A stretch of 54,697 nt of DNA from Acidimicrobiia bacterium (GCA_033722675.1 JAWVYO010000003.1:1-54697); one strand, 5' to 3'; positions 20,518-31,135 are shown, numbered from the stretch's first letter. Made by a program: numbers and translations. The notes: generated by a model from the sequence alone, not told the origin.

Positions 20518-20540
20518 GAGATCGACCGTGTCGGTATTCC
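20514..20540 (-). promoter_or_regulatory. SigH/SigR-type promoter for pirin
   Basis: Minus strand reads GGAAT-N18-GTTG, an exact match to the actinobacterial SigR/SigH consensus, about 30 nt upstream of the ATG. Confidence 0.75.
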
Positions 20541-20735
20541 GACGATCGGTTCCCGGCGGCGACGCCGATGGTCACCGGTGCGAGCGTGACGCGGCGACTC
20601 GTGATCACGGCCCGGGTGCCGGTCGCACGGGAGCGTGCGGCGCCGGACCCCGACGGCTGACCGGCCCCCGGCGCGTCTGCGGTGTCGAGGAACGGGTATC
20701 CCTCTGGCGACCCCGACCGACCTACCGTTTCGTCC

Positions 20736-21839
20736 GTGGCCGACTCCTCCGCATCCACCTGGCGCACCATCGCCCTCCGCTCCGTCATGCTCCTGCTCGG
20801 CGGGATTGCGCTGTACCTGCTGTCCCCCGTGCTCCTCGACGTGGTGTCTTCGGCGCCGCGTCTCGAGGCCATCTCGTGGTGGTGGTTCGTGATCATGGCG
20901 GCGCTCGAGACGGCCAGCTTCGCCGCCGCATGGGCACTGGCCCGCGTCGCCGTGCCGGGCCTGGGCTGGGGCGTCGCCGCCACCGCCCAGCTCGCCTCGA
21001 ACGCGTCGTCCCGGGTCTTTCCCGGAGCGGCGGTCGTCGGCGGCGCCGTCTACTACCGCATGCTGGCGGGGGCGGGGGTGCAGGCCTCCCGGGCGGCCGC
21101 CGCCCTCACGGTCAACTCGATCATCTCCAACCTCCTGCTGTTCGCGCTCCCGGCGGTCGCGGCCGCCGTCGCGGTGGTCTCGGCTCCGATCCCCGCCGGA
21201 CTCCTGCCCATCGCCCTCGGCGGCCTCGGCCTGTTCGCGGCGCTGCTGGCGGTGGGTGTCCTCATCGTCCGGTACGACGCACCGCTGCGGGGATTCATGT
21301 CGTTCGTGAAGCGCCTGGTCGGCGCCATCCCGGGGATCCGGCGCGTCGCCCGCAGGATCCACCCCGAGGGCGTGCTGCGGGTGCGTGACGAGATCGTCGC
21401 CGCCGTCGGGCCGCGGTGGCAGGCGGCCACGTTCTACGCCGCCTCGAACTGGCTGCTGGACTACCTCGTGCTCGTCGCGGCGCTCTACGGCGTCGGCGCC
21501 AGGCCGCGATTGAGCATCGTGCTGTTGGCGTACGGCGCCGCCGCGGTGCTGACGATGATCCCGATCACGCCGGGCGGTTTCGGCTTCGTGGAGGCGGGGC
21601 TGGCGACGATGCTGATCGTCGCCGGGGTGCCGTCGTCGTCGGCGCTGCTCGCCACGCTGGCCTATCGGCTGTTCTCGTTCTGGCTGCCGATCCCGGCGGG
21701 CGGCATCGCCTACCTCGTGTACAAGCGCCGATATCTCGGCGAGGAGACGCTGCCGGAGGAGGCGGAGGTGGAGGTGAGTGGGCTCGCCGCGGACACCGAC
21801 GAGACGTCTGGGAGCCGAGGAGGGGATTCGAACCCCTGA
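20736..21839 (+). CDS. Lysylphosphatidylglycerol synthase TM / flippase-like (UPF0104) membrane protein
   Basis: Multi-TM protein with PITPGGFGFVEAG and LAYRLFSFWLP motifs. GTG 20736 lies 7 nt after TACCGT (leaderless start); ORF track start is 20682. Confidence 0.82.
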   Translation: MADSSASTWRTIALRSVMLLLGGIALYLLSPVLLDVVSSAPRLEAISWWWFVIMAALETASFAAAWALARVAVPGLGWGVAATAQLASNASSRVFPGAAVVGGAVYYRMLAGAGVQASRAAAALTVNSIISNLLLFALPAVAAAVAVVSAPIPAGLLPIALGGLGLFAALLAVGVLIVRYDAPLRGFMSFVKRLVGAIPGIRRVARRIHPEGVLRVRDEIVAAVGPRWQAATFYAASNWLLDYLVLVAALYGVGARPRLSIVLLAYGAAAVLTMIPITPGGFGFVEAGLATMLIVAGVPSSSALLATLAYRLFSFWLPIPAGGIAYLVYKRRYLGEETLPEEAEVEVSGLAADTDETSGSRGGDSNP

Positions 21840-21884
21840 CCTGCTCATTACGAGTGAGCTGCTCTACCCCTGAGCTACCCCGGC
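21813..21884 (-). tRNA. tRNA-Thr (anticodon CGT)
   Basis: GCCGGGG-TAGCTCAGGGGTAGAGC-A-GCTCA-CT-CGT-AA-TGAGC-AGGTC-AGGGG-TTCGAAT-CCCCT-CCTCGGC-T cloverleaf; -10 TACCAT at 21900-21895; no exact encoded CCA. Confidence 0.96.
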
Positions 21885-21963
21885 GCGGGCGGCGATGGTA
21901 CTCGGGGCCCCGGGGCATTGGTAACCTGTGCGCTCGGCGCTGAGCCGTGTCCCGGGGGATTCC

Positions 21964-22533
21964 ATGGCCGATCAAGCCACGTTCGAAGACGACGTCCGCG
22001 AGTACCTGCCGCAGCTGTACTCCGCCGCCCTGCGCATGACCCGCAACCCGGCCGACGCCGAGGACGTCCTCCAGGAGGCCCTCCTCAAGGCCTTCCGCGG
22101 CTACCACACCTTCCGGGCCGGCACGAACCTCAAGGCCTGGCTCTATCGGATCGTGACGAACACGTACATCAACCGGTATCGCAAGCAGAACCGGCGACCC
22201 GACGAGGTGGAGCTCGGCGAGCTCGAGGATCTCTACCTGTTCAAGCGGCTCGGCGACGCCGACGGGGGCGCCTCGCGCAGCGCGGAGCTGGAGGCGCTCG
22301 ACGAGTTCGTCGACGAGGACGTCAAGGCCGCCGTGGAGGCGCTGCCGGAGAACTTCCGGCTCCCCGTGCTGCTCGCCGACGTCGAGGGATTCGCCTACAA
22401 GGAGATCGCCGAGATCATGGACATCCCCATCGGGACCGTGATGTCGCGGCTCCATCGGGGAAGAAAGGCGCTCCAGCGCGCGTTGTGGAGGATTGCAGAG
22501 GAGCGAGGCATCACGGGAGCATCGAGCGAATGA
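21964..22533 (+). CDS. sigH: ECF sigma factor, SigH/SigR type
   Basis: [73 protein letters not shown]; followed by a ZAS anti-sigma. Confidence 0.9.
   Translation: MADQATFEDDVREYLPQLYSAALRMTRNPADAEDVLQEALLKAFRGYHTFRAGTNLKAWLYRIVTNTYINRYRKQNRRPDEVELGELEDLYLFKRLGDADGGASRSAELEALDEFVDEDVKAAVEALPENFRLPVLLADVEGFAYKEIAEIMDIPIGTVMSRLHRGRKALQRALWRIAEERGITGASSE
22459..22485 (+). promoter_or_regulatory. Internal SigH-type promoter for the anti-sigma gene
   Basis: GGAAG-N18-GTTG inside the sigH 3' end, spelled by the rare codons GGA AGA ... TTG. Confidence 0.6.
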
Positions 22534-22781
22534 GCTACGACTGTGCCGAGGTCGCATCCCAGATCTATCTCTACCTGGATCAGGAGGAGCTGACCTGGTG
22601 GCAGCGCATGCGCATTCGCTGGCATCTCAAGGAATGTCCGCCCTGTGCCGACGGATTCGCATTCGAGGAGAAACTCATCGCGAAGGTCGGCAGCGACTGC
22701 GTCGACGACATGCCGCAGGAACTCGAAGAGCGCCTCCTGACGTTCATACGAGAGCATGCCGACGACGAGACCGTCGGTTGA
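22530..22781 (+). CDS. rsrA: Zinc-binding anti-sigma factor RsrA/RshA
   Basis: N-terminal C..V...IYLYLD, H-x3-C-x2-C (HLKECPPC); ATGA overlap with sigH. Confidence 0.88.
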   Translation: MSYDCAEVASQIYLYLDQEELTWWQRMRIRWHLKECPPCADGFAFEEKLIAKVGSDCVDDMPQELEERLLTFIREHADDETVG

Positions 22782-22805
22782 ACCATCACCGACCGGAGAT
22801 TTCCC

Positions 22806-22997
22806 ATGTCTGACATCATGAAGGGCAGCCGCCTCAAGGGCACCGCCCGCGCCCCCAAGGTCCACGAGGGGAAGCGGACGTGCGTCGAGGACGGCTGCGG
22901 CACGACCCTCTCGCAGTACAACAAGCGCGAGTACTGCTACGCCCACGCTCCGACGCGATTCCCGCGTCTGCGGGGGCGGGTCGTCACCGACTCCTGA
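22806..22997 (+). CDS. Small basic Cys/His (Zn-finger-like) protein, 63 aa
   Basis: C-x4-C-x12-C-x2-H; SD GGAG upstream; clean GC3 codon usage. Confidence 0.75.
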   Translation: MSDIMKGSRLKGTARAPKVHEGKRTCVEDGCGTTLSQYNKREYCYAHAPTRFPRLRGRVVTDS

Positions 22998-23040
22998 GCA
23001 CACGTTTCGCCGTGACGGGCGGGCGGGTATCCTCCCGCCC

Positions 23041-23328
23041 GTGACACGTTCCGTCTTCGCCGTACTCACCCTGCTGCTGGTCCTCGTGCCGGCACCGGCC
23101 GTGCTGGCCACCGACGAGCCCGAGCCGGCGACGACGACCACCGTTGCCGACCCCGACGCGCCCCAGCCCGCCGTCGTGGTGCAGGAGGGCAGCGCGGCCG
23201 AGGAGGAGGAGGCCTGGACCTTCCGCTACCTCGTGCCGACCGTGCTGGCCATCGCCGCTGCCGGGGTGGTGCTGACGCTCGTGGTCTATGCCGTTCGCGT
23301 GCGAGGTCGCTACCGGGTCGTCCGGTGA
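23041..23328 (+). CDS. Small exported/membrane-anchored hypothetical protein
   Basis: Signal-peptide-like N-terminus, Thr/Glu linker, C-terminal TM plus basic tail; TATCCT 7 nt upstream; GTGA overlap with the next gene. Confidence 0.65.
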   Translation: MTRSVFAVLTLLLVLVPAPAVLATDEPEPATTTTVADPDAPQPAVVVQEGSAAEEEEAWTFRYLVPTVLAIAAAGVVLTLVVYAVRVRGRYRVVR

Positions 23329-24359
23329 GCGCCATCAACTGGAAGGTGGCGCGGTCCGTCGCGACCCGCTTCGCCGGCACGTACCCCCTCGAGGGCACGT
23401 ACCACGACGCCCTCTTCGCCCGCGAAGCTCCCGGACTCGTCTCCCGCGCCGCCGAACTCGCCGCGAAGGAGACCGGGTTGCCGTGGGTCGGTGACCCCGA
23501 GGTGCGGGTCGTGACACGCGCCGAGTGGGCCGAGGCGAACCTGGCGGCCTTCGGGCGTCTGCTGGCATCGGCCGAACAGAAGCTCGAGGGACGGGGCTCC
23601 AAGCTGGGCCGCCGCCTCGCGGCGCGTCTGATGGGCGCCGAGGTGGGCGCGCTCGTCGGGATCCTGGGACGACGGGTGCTCGGCCAGTACGAGCTCGTGC
23701 TCCCGGCCGAGGACGGCGGGGTCGGCGACACCGTCATGTTCGTGGGCGCCAATGTGCTCCAGATGGAGCGCGCCAACGAGTTCCGGCCCGCCGAGTTCCG
23801 GTTCTGGGTGGCGCTGCACGAGTGCACCCATCGCCTCCAGTTCACCGGGGTCCCGTGGCTGCGCGGCTACTTCCTGTCGCTCGTCGACGAGCTCGTCGAC
23901 GCCTCGACCCCCGAGGAGGGCCGGCTCCAGCGCCTCGCCTCGGAGATGCGGACCGCCGCGAAGGAGGGACGGCCGGTGATCGGCGAGTCGGGCCTCATGG
24001 GGCTGTTCGCCACCCCTGCGCAGCGGGATGCCCTCGAGTCGGTTCAGGCCCTCATGTCCCTGCTCGAGGGGCACGGCCACGTCGTCATGGACCGCATCGG
24101 CGGCCGTGAGCTCGTGACCCAGCATCGGATGTCCCGGGTGCTCAAGATGCGCCGGAAGGACCCCCGCATGGCGGCGTTCCTGCGGATCACGGGTCTGGAG
24201 ATGAAGATGCGCCAGTACGAGGAGGGCGAGGCCTTCATCCACGCCGTCGAGCGCGCCGCCGGCTTCGAGGCGCTCGACCACTGCTGGGAGGGCCCCGAGG
24301 CCCTGCCCCGTCTCGACGAGATCCGGGACCCGCAGCGATGGCTGCAGCGGGTGGCCTGA
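23325..24359 (+). CDS. Zinc-dependent metalloprotease-like protein (DUF2342 / zincin_2)
   Basis: FRFWVALHECTHRLQF (HExxH), MSLLEGHG, KMRQYEEG; usual position upstream of tilS. Confidence 0.88.
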   Translation: MSAINWKVARSVATRFAGTYPLEGTYHDALFAREAPGLVSRAAELAAKETGLPWVGDPEVRVVTRAEWAEANLAAFGRLLASAEQKLEGRGSKLGRRLAARLMGAEVGALVGILGRRVLGQYELVLPAEDGGVGDTVMFVGANVLQMERANEFRPAEFRFWVALHECTHRLQFTGVPWLRGYFLSLVDELVDASTPEEGRLQRLASEMRTAAKEGRPVIGESGLMGLFATPAQRDALESVQALMSLLEGHGHVVMDRIGGRELVTQHRMSRVLKMRRKDPRMAAFLRITGLEMKMRQYEEGEAFIHAVERAAGFEALDHCWEGPEALPRLDEIRDPQRWLQRVA

Positions 24360-25621
24360 GCCGCGACCTGCTCGACCGGGTCGCCGCCCGGCTGCCCGAC
24401 GCCCCCCTCGTCGTCGCCCTCAGCGGCGGCGCCGACTCCGCCGCCCTCGCCCGATGTCTGCTCGCCCTGGGGCGCGCGGTCCGCGCCGTCACCGTCGACC
24501 ACGGGCTCCCGGCGTCGGGCGATCTCGTCGAGGGCGCCCGCCGGGTGGCCGCGGAGCTCGGGCTCGATCACGAGGTGGTGGAGGTTCCGCCTGCGTCGGG
24601 AGAGGGGCCCCTGCGCGACGTGCGGCTGGAGGCGCTGGAGGCCGCGGCCCGACCGGGCGAGGTCGTGGCGACCGGCCACACCGCCGACGACCAGGCGGAG
24701 ACGGTCCTCGGCAACCTCCTGCGCGGAGCCGGGGCGGCGGGCCTGTCGGGCATCCCCGGCTCCCGGACCGGGTGGGTGCGCCCGTTCCTCGGGGTGACCA
24801 GGGAGGAGGCCCGGGCGGCGGCCGACGGCCTCCCCTTCGTCGACGACCCCGACAACGTCGATCCCGACGTGCGCCGCTCGTGGCTGCGGACCCGGGCCAT
24901 CCCCTTCCTGGAGGACCGGGAGGGCGATCGGGTCCGCCCGGCGCTGCGCCGGGCCGGCGGTCTCCTCGCCGCCGACGACGCCCTCCTCGAGCGGCGAGCC
25001 GCCGCGGTCCCGGTCCTCCGGCGCGACCCGTTCGTCGCCGTGGCCGCCGCGCCGCTGACCACCCTCCCAGGGCCGGTGGCGGCGCGCGTGGCGCGGCGGC
25101 TCCTGCGGACCGCCGTCCCTCCCTACGCCGGCGCGGCCGACGACGTCGACGGGGTGCTCCAGGTGGCCCGGTCGGGCCGGTCCCGATCGGTGCTGGGCCG
25201 CCTGGTGAGCCGCGAGGGCGGGCTGGTCGTGGTGGGACCGGAGGCGACCGAGCCCCCGGGCCCGGCCGACCTCGGCACCGGGATCCGGTGGGGGCGGTGG
25301 ACGTTCACCGTCGGCGGCGACGGCCCCGGGCTCTCGCGTCGCAGCGCACTCCTCCCCGCCGATCGCCGGCCCTTCCGGGTGCGGGCCTGGGCGCCGGGCG
25401 ATCGCCTCGACACCGAAATCGGGTCGAAGCCCGTCGCCGAGATCCTCCGCGAGGTCGGGGTGCCCGCCCGGTTCCGTCCCGAGTGGCCCGTCGTCGACGC
25501 CGATGGAACAATGGCGTGGGTCGTCGGCGGCCGCCTCGCGACGTGGGCCCGGCCGGACCCGACGGCGACGACCATCCGCATCACGGCGAGGGAGGCCCGG
25601 TGGACATCGGCAACGTCCTGA
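24338..25621 (+). CDS. tilS: tRNA(Ile)-lysidine synthetase
   Basis: VALSGGADS, VDHGL, TGHTADDQAETVLGNLLRG, DDPDN. Start is either ATG 24338 or CTG 24356. Confidence 0.92.
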   Translation: MAAAGGLSRDLLDRVAARLPDAPLVVALSGGADSAALARCLLALGRAVRAVTVDHGLPASGDLVEGARRVAAELGLDHEVVEVPPASGEGPLRDVRLEALEAAARPGEVVATGHTADDQAETVLGNLLRGAGAAGLSGIPGSRTGWVRPFLGVTREEARAAADGLPFVDDPDNVDPDVRRSWLRTRAIPFLEDREGDRVRPALRRAGGLLAADDALLERRAAAVPVLRRDPFVAVAAAPLTTLPGPVAARVARRLLRTAVPPYAGAADDVDGVLQVARSGRSRSVLGRLVSREGGLVVVGPEATEPPGPADLGTGIRWGRWTFTVGGDGPGLSRRSALLPADRRPFRVRAWAPGDRLDTEIGSKPVAEILREVGVPARFRPEWPVVDADGTMAWVVGGRLATWARPDPTATTIRITAREARWTSATS

Positions 25622-26118
25622 TCAGCGCCGAGGAGATCGACGCCCGTCTGCAGGAGATGGGTGCCGAGATCACCGCCGACTACGAGGGGAAGGACACGCT
25701 GCTCGTCGCGGTCCTCAAGGGCGCCTTCATGGTGATGGCCGACCTCTCCCGACACATCCACCTGCCCGTCGACATGGACTTCATGGCGGTGTCGTCCTAC
25801 GGCGCCGCGACCCAGACCTCGGGGGTGGTGCGCATCCTGAAGGACCTCGACCAGGAGATCGCCGGCCGCCACGTCCTCATCGTCGAGGACATCATCGACT
25901 CCGGCCTGACGCTGCGGTACCTGCTCAAGAACCTGGAGGTCCGCAAACCCGCCTCGCTCGAGGTGGCGGCCCTCCTGCTGAAGAAGGGCATCCAGCGCAC
26001 GCCCGTCGAGGCGCGCTACGTCGGCTTCGAGATCCCGCCCGACTTCGTCATCGGCTACGGCCTGGACCTCGCCGGGAAGTACCGGAACCTCCCCTACGTC
26101 GCCCAGATGGAGGAGTGA
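25600..26118 (+). CDS. hpt: Hypoxanthine phosphoribosyltransferase
   Basis: VLKGA, DFMAVSSYG, VLIVEDIIDSGLTL, FVIGYGLD, YRNLP. Confidence 0.97.
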   Translation: MDIGNVLISAEEIDARLQEMGAEITADYEGKDTLLVAVLKGAFMVMADLSRHIHLPVDMDFMAVSSYGAATQTSGVVRILKDLDQEIAGRHVLIVEDIIDSGLTLRYLLKNLEVRKPASLEVAALLLKKGIQRTPVEARYVGFEIPPDFVIGYGLDLAGKYRNLPYVAQMEE

Positions 26119-26121
26119 CGG

Positions 26122-27003
26122 TCAGGTGATCGACGCGTCGTAGATCGCCTGGATCGAGGCGTCCAGCGTCGCGTCGAACTCGTCGTCGCTCTGCTGGGCG
26201 CTCAGGCCCTCGGCGAGCGCCCGGCTGAAGCTGGCGATCATCCCGTGGTTGCGCGACAGGAGGTCGTTGGCCTCCTCGCGGGAGTAGCCGCCCGAGAGTG
26301 CGACGACCCGCACCACCCGCGGATGGCCGATGAGATCGGTGTAGAAGTTGTCCTCCGACGGGAGGGACAGCTTGAACATGAGGGGCCAGCCCACCCGGTC
26401 CATGCCGTGCATGATCTCGTTCAGGAGCATCTCCTCGGCTTCGGCCTTGGACGGGCTGTGGATGTCCACCTCGGGCTCGAGGATGGGCACCAGGCCGGCG
26501 GCGGCGATCCGCTCCCCGAGGGCGAACTGCTGGGCGACGGCGGCGGCGACGCCCGAGGGGGTGGCGTGCTTCACGACCGACCGCATCTTCGTGCCGAACA
26601 CGCCCTTCTCGTAGGCCCGGTCGAGCAGGGCGTCGAGGCCGGTGATCGGCTTCATGAGCTGGACGCCGTCGGCTTCGTCGGCCAGGCCCTGGTCGACCTT
26701 CAGGAAGGGCACCACGCCCTTCGTGTCCCACAGGTAGGTCGGGGTCGGGACACCCTCGACTTCGCGGTCCATCGTCATCTCGAAGAGGATGGCGCCGACG
26801 ACCCGGTCGCCGGTGAACCCGGGGCTCGTCATGATGCGCGACCGCATGGCGTGCATGAGGTCGAACATCTCGTCGTCGCCGGAGTACTCGCTCTCCTCGA
26901 TCCCGTACGACCGCAGGGCCTTCGGCGTGCTCCCGCCGCTCTGGTCGAGCGCGGCGATGAAGCCGTCGCCGGTGCGGATCGTGTCGAGCTGCTGCTGGTT
27001 CAT
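26122..27003 (-). CDS. fda: Fructose-bisphosphate aldolase class I
   Basis: GFIAALDQSGGSTPKAL, AILFE, PFLKVDQGL, FGTKMRS, PILEPEV, Schiff-base region MFKLSLP, ALSGGY, IASFSRAL. Confidence 0.93.
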   Translation of the reverse strand: MNQQQLDTIRTGDGFIAALDQSGGSTPKALRSYGIEESEYSGDDEMFDLMHAMRSRIMTSPGFTGDRVVGAILFEMTMDREVEGVPTPTYLWDTKGVVPFLKVDQGLADEADGVQLMKPITGLDALLDRAYEKGVFGTKMRSVVKHATPSGVAAAVAQQFALGERIAAAGLVPILEPEVDIHSPSKAEAEEMLLNEIMHGMDRVGWPLMFKLSLPSEDNFYTDLIGHPRVVRVVALSGGYSREEANDLLSRNHGMIASFSRALAEGLSAQQSDDEFDATLDASIQAIYDASIT

Positions 27004-27248
27004 GGGGGACTGCTCCGTGATCGTGGTCCGACCCCGAAGGTTAGGGCGCGGACGGACCGGTCGGCTCGGGCCGGAGGTCGGTGCGGGGAGGCCCGGAGGG
27101 CCCTGTGGCCGTTCGTCCTCGATCCCTCCGGACGGGCGGCCGCGAGGCGGCTCGGACGGCTGATCCGGCGCGAAGCGGCTTTGTCCGGCCTGCCCTTTAC
27201 GATTGACCCTCCGATGCCGGCCGTGTCGGGCCGTACCGAGGAGTAGCC

Positions 27249-29176
<1,928 letters not shown>

Positions 29177-29180
<4 letters not shown>

Positions 29181-30037
29181 CGCAGGCGTGGCACGTCGGG
29201 GGCGGCCGGAGGCTGCCCCTCGACCGCACGCTGGTCATGGGGGTCCTCAACGCCACCCCGGACTCGTTCTCCGACGGCGGTCTCCACGACGAGCCCGACG
29301 CGGCGGTCGCCCACGGGTTCGCCCTCGTCGGGGCCGGCGTCGACGTCGTGGACGTCGGCGGCGAGTCGACACGGCCCGGTGCCGACCCCGTGTCCGCCGA
29401 GGACGAGATCGCCCGCGTGGTGCCCGTCGTGGAGCGCCTCGCCACCGACGGCGTCGTCGTGTCCGTCGACACGTCGAAGGCGGAGGTGGCCAGGGCGGCC
29501 GTCGACGTCGGGGCGGCGATCGTGAACGACGTGACGGGCTTCGGCGACGACGCCATGGTCGACCTCGTCGCCGCGTCCGACGTCGGCCTCGTCGTGATGC
29601 ACATGCTCGGTACGCCGAGAACGATGCAGGACGACCCGCGGTACGAGGACGTCGTCGTCGACGTGCGACACCACCTCGTCGAGCGCGCTTCGGCCCTGCA
29701 GGCCCGTGGCGTGGAGCCGGAGCGGATCGTGGTCGATCCCGGGATCGGCTTCGGCAAGCGCCTCGACCACAACCTGGACCTGCTCGCCAACGTCGACCTG
29801 ATCGTCGACGCCGGGTATCCGGTGCTCGTGGGGGCCTCGCGCAAGTCGTTCATCGCGCGGGTGATCGGCGACGTCCCGGCTGCGGAGCGTGACGGCGCCA
29901 CGATCGCCGCGCACACCCTGGCGATCGCCGCCGGAGCCCGTGTCGTACGGGTCCACGACGGTGTGGAGGGGGTGCGTTCGGCCCGTCTCGCGGACGCTAT
30001 CGTGCGGGCGCGGCGACCACGGAAAGGATCGGCATGA
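29177..30037 (+). CDS. folP: Dihydropteroate synthase
   Basis: [44 protein letters not shown]. Start is either CTG 29177 (SD-supported) or ATG 29237. Confidence 0.95.
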
Positions 30038-30510
30038 CCGGGCTCGAGCCCCGGGACTTCACCTGGGTGATCTCCGGCCGCCTCGCCGTGTCGGAACGCA
30101 TCGGGGGATACGGGTTCCAGCACCGCCGGGTGCGCCGCGAGGAGGAGATCATCTGGCTGAAGGAGGCGGGCGTCACCGCCGTCCTCTCGCTCCTCGACGG
30201 GAACCAGAACCTGGGGTCCTACGCCGAGGCGGAGCTGGAGGTCCTCCACGTGCCCCTCGGCGACGCCGAGCCCGACACCGTCCGCACGGTGTTCGGCACG
30301 ATCGCCGACGCCCTCGCCGAGCCCGACACCGTCCTCCTCGTCCATCGCGACATCCTCGACGACTCGGTGGCGGGGATCCTCGCCGGGTACCTCGTGTCGT
30401 CGGGGATGATCGACGATCCCATCGTCGCCACCGCCGCCATCCAGGAGATCCTGAAGCGTCCCCTCGGTCCCGAGGCCCGCGCCGTGATCCCCGAGGAGGC
30501 CGGCACCTGA
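30034..30510 (+). CDS. DUSP/PTP-fold protein lacking the catalytic CX5R motif (pseudophosphatase)
   Basis: FTWVISGRLA...GVTAVLSL...HVP...LLVH(RDILDDS)VAGILAGYLV follows the small dual-specificity phosphatase layout; the protein has no Cys; coupled to both folP and folK. Confidence 0.7.
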   Translation: MTGLEPRDFTWVISGRLAVSERIGGYGFQHRRVRREEEIIWLKEAGVTAVLSLLDGNQNLGSYAEAELEVLHVPLGDAEPDTVRTVFGTIADALAEPDTVLLVHRDILDDSVAGILAGYLVSSGMIDDPIVATAAIQEILKRPLGPEARAVIPEEAGT

Positions 30511-31010
30511 GCCGGGTGCGCCGCGTCGCCGTCGGACTCGGGGCGAACCTCGGCGATCGGCGGGCGACCCTCGCCGGCGCCGTGCGCACGAACGCCGGCT
30601 GGGCGGACCTCGTGGCGGTGTCGTCGCTCTACGAGACCGCGCCGGTCGGGGGACCCGACCAGGGCCCGTACCTCAACGCCGTCGCCGTGATCGACACCGG
30701 CCGCTCCGTCGCCGACCTCCTCGACCGGGCGCTCGGCCTCGAGGCGTCCTTCGGCCGGGAGCGGCGGGAGCGGTGGGGGCCACGCGTCCTGGACCTCGAC
30801 GTCCTGCTGGCCGGCGACACGGTGATCGACCGCCCCGGGCTGCGGGTGCCCCACCCGCGTATGGCCGACCGCCGGTTCGTGCTCGAGCCGCTCGTCGAGG
30901 CCTGGCCCCGGGCGACGCTCCCCGACGGCACCCGCCTGGTCTCGCTGCTGCCCGCCGTGGCCGACCAGGAGGTGGAGCGGATCGCACCGCCCGGCTGGTG
31001 GCGGCCGTAG
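30507..31010 (+). CDS. folK: 6-hydroxymethyl-7,8-dihydropterin pyrophosphokinase
   Basis: VGLGANLGDR, SSLYETAPVGG, YLNAV, RWGPRVLDLDVL, PHPRMADRRFVLEPL. Start is CTG 30507 or GTG 30516. Confidence 0.95.
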   Translation: MSRVRRVAVGLGANLGDRRATLAGAVRTNAGWADLVAVSSLYETAPVGGPDQGPYLNAVAVIDTGRSVADLLDRALGLEASFGRERRERWGPRVLDLDVLLAGDTVIDRPGLRVPHPRMADRRFVLEPLVEAWPRATLPDGTRLVSLLPAVADQEVERIAPPGWWRP

Positions 31011-31016
31011 ACGCGC

Positions 31017-31046
31017 CGCGAGCCCGGGGGAGGGACCGGGCTCGCG
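31017..31046. terminator. GC-rich hairpin after folK (probable terminator)
   Basis: CGCGAGCCCGG / CCGGGCTCGCG 11-bp stem 6 nt after the folK stop; no U-tract (common in actinobacteria). Confidence 0.5.
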
Positions 31047-31135
31047 AAGCGCGCGAAAGGCGATGCGCACTCCCGGTTCGGAGCGATCACCGCCGCGGAT
31101 TGGTCCTCCTGCCGGCGATCCCGATCCCTACACTC

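Noticed and set aside
18850-21812. Genomic island integrated at tRNA-Thr(CGT)
   Set aside because: No integrase, no duplicated tRNA 3' end found by eye, and codon usage matches the backbone.
27004-27248. Possible sRNAs in the fda-ftsH and pirin-flippase (20541-20720) intergenic regions
   Set aside because: Only short GC-rich stems that are expected by chance at this GC content; no promoter/terminator pair or recognisable family.
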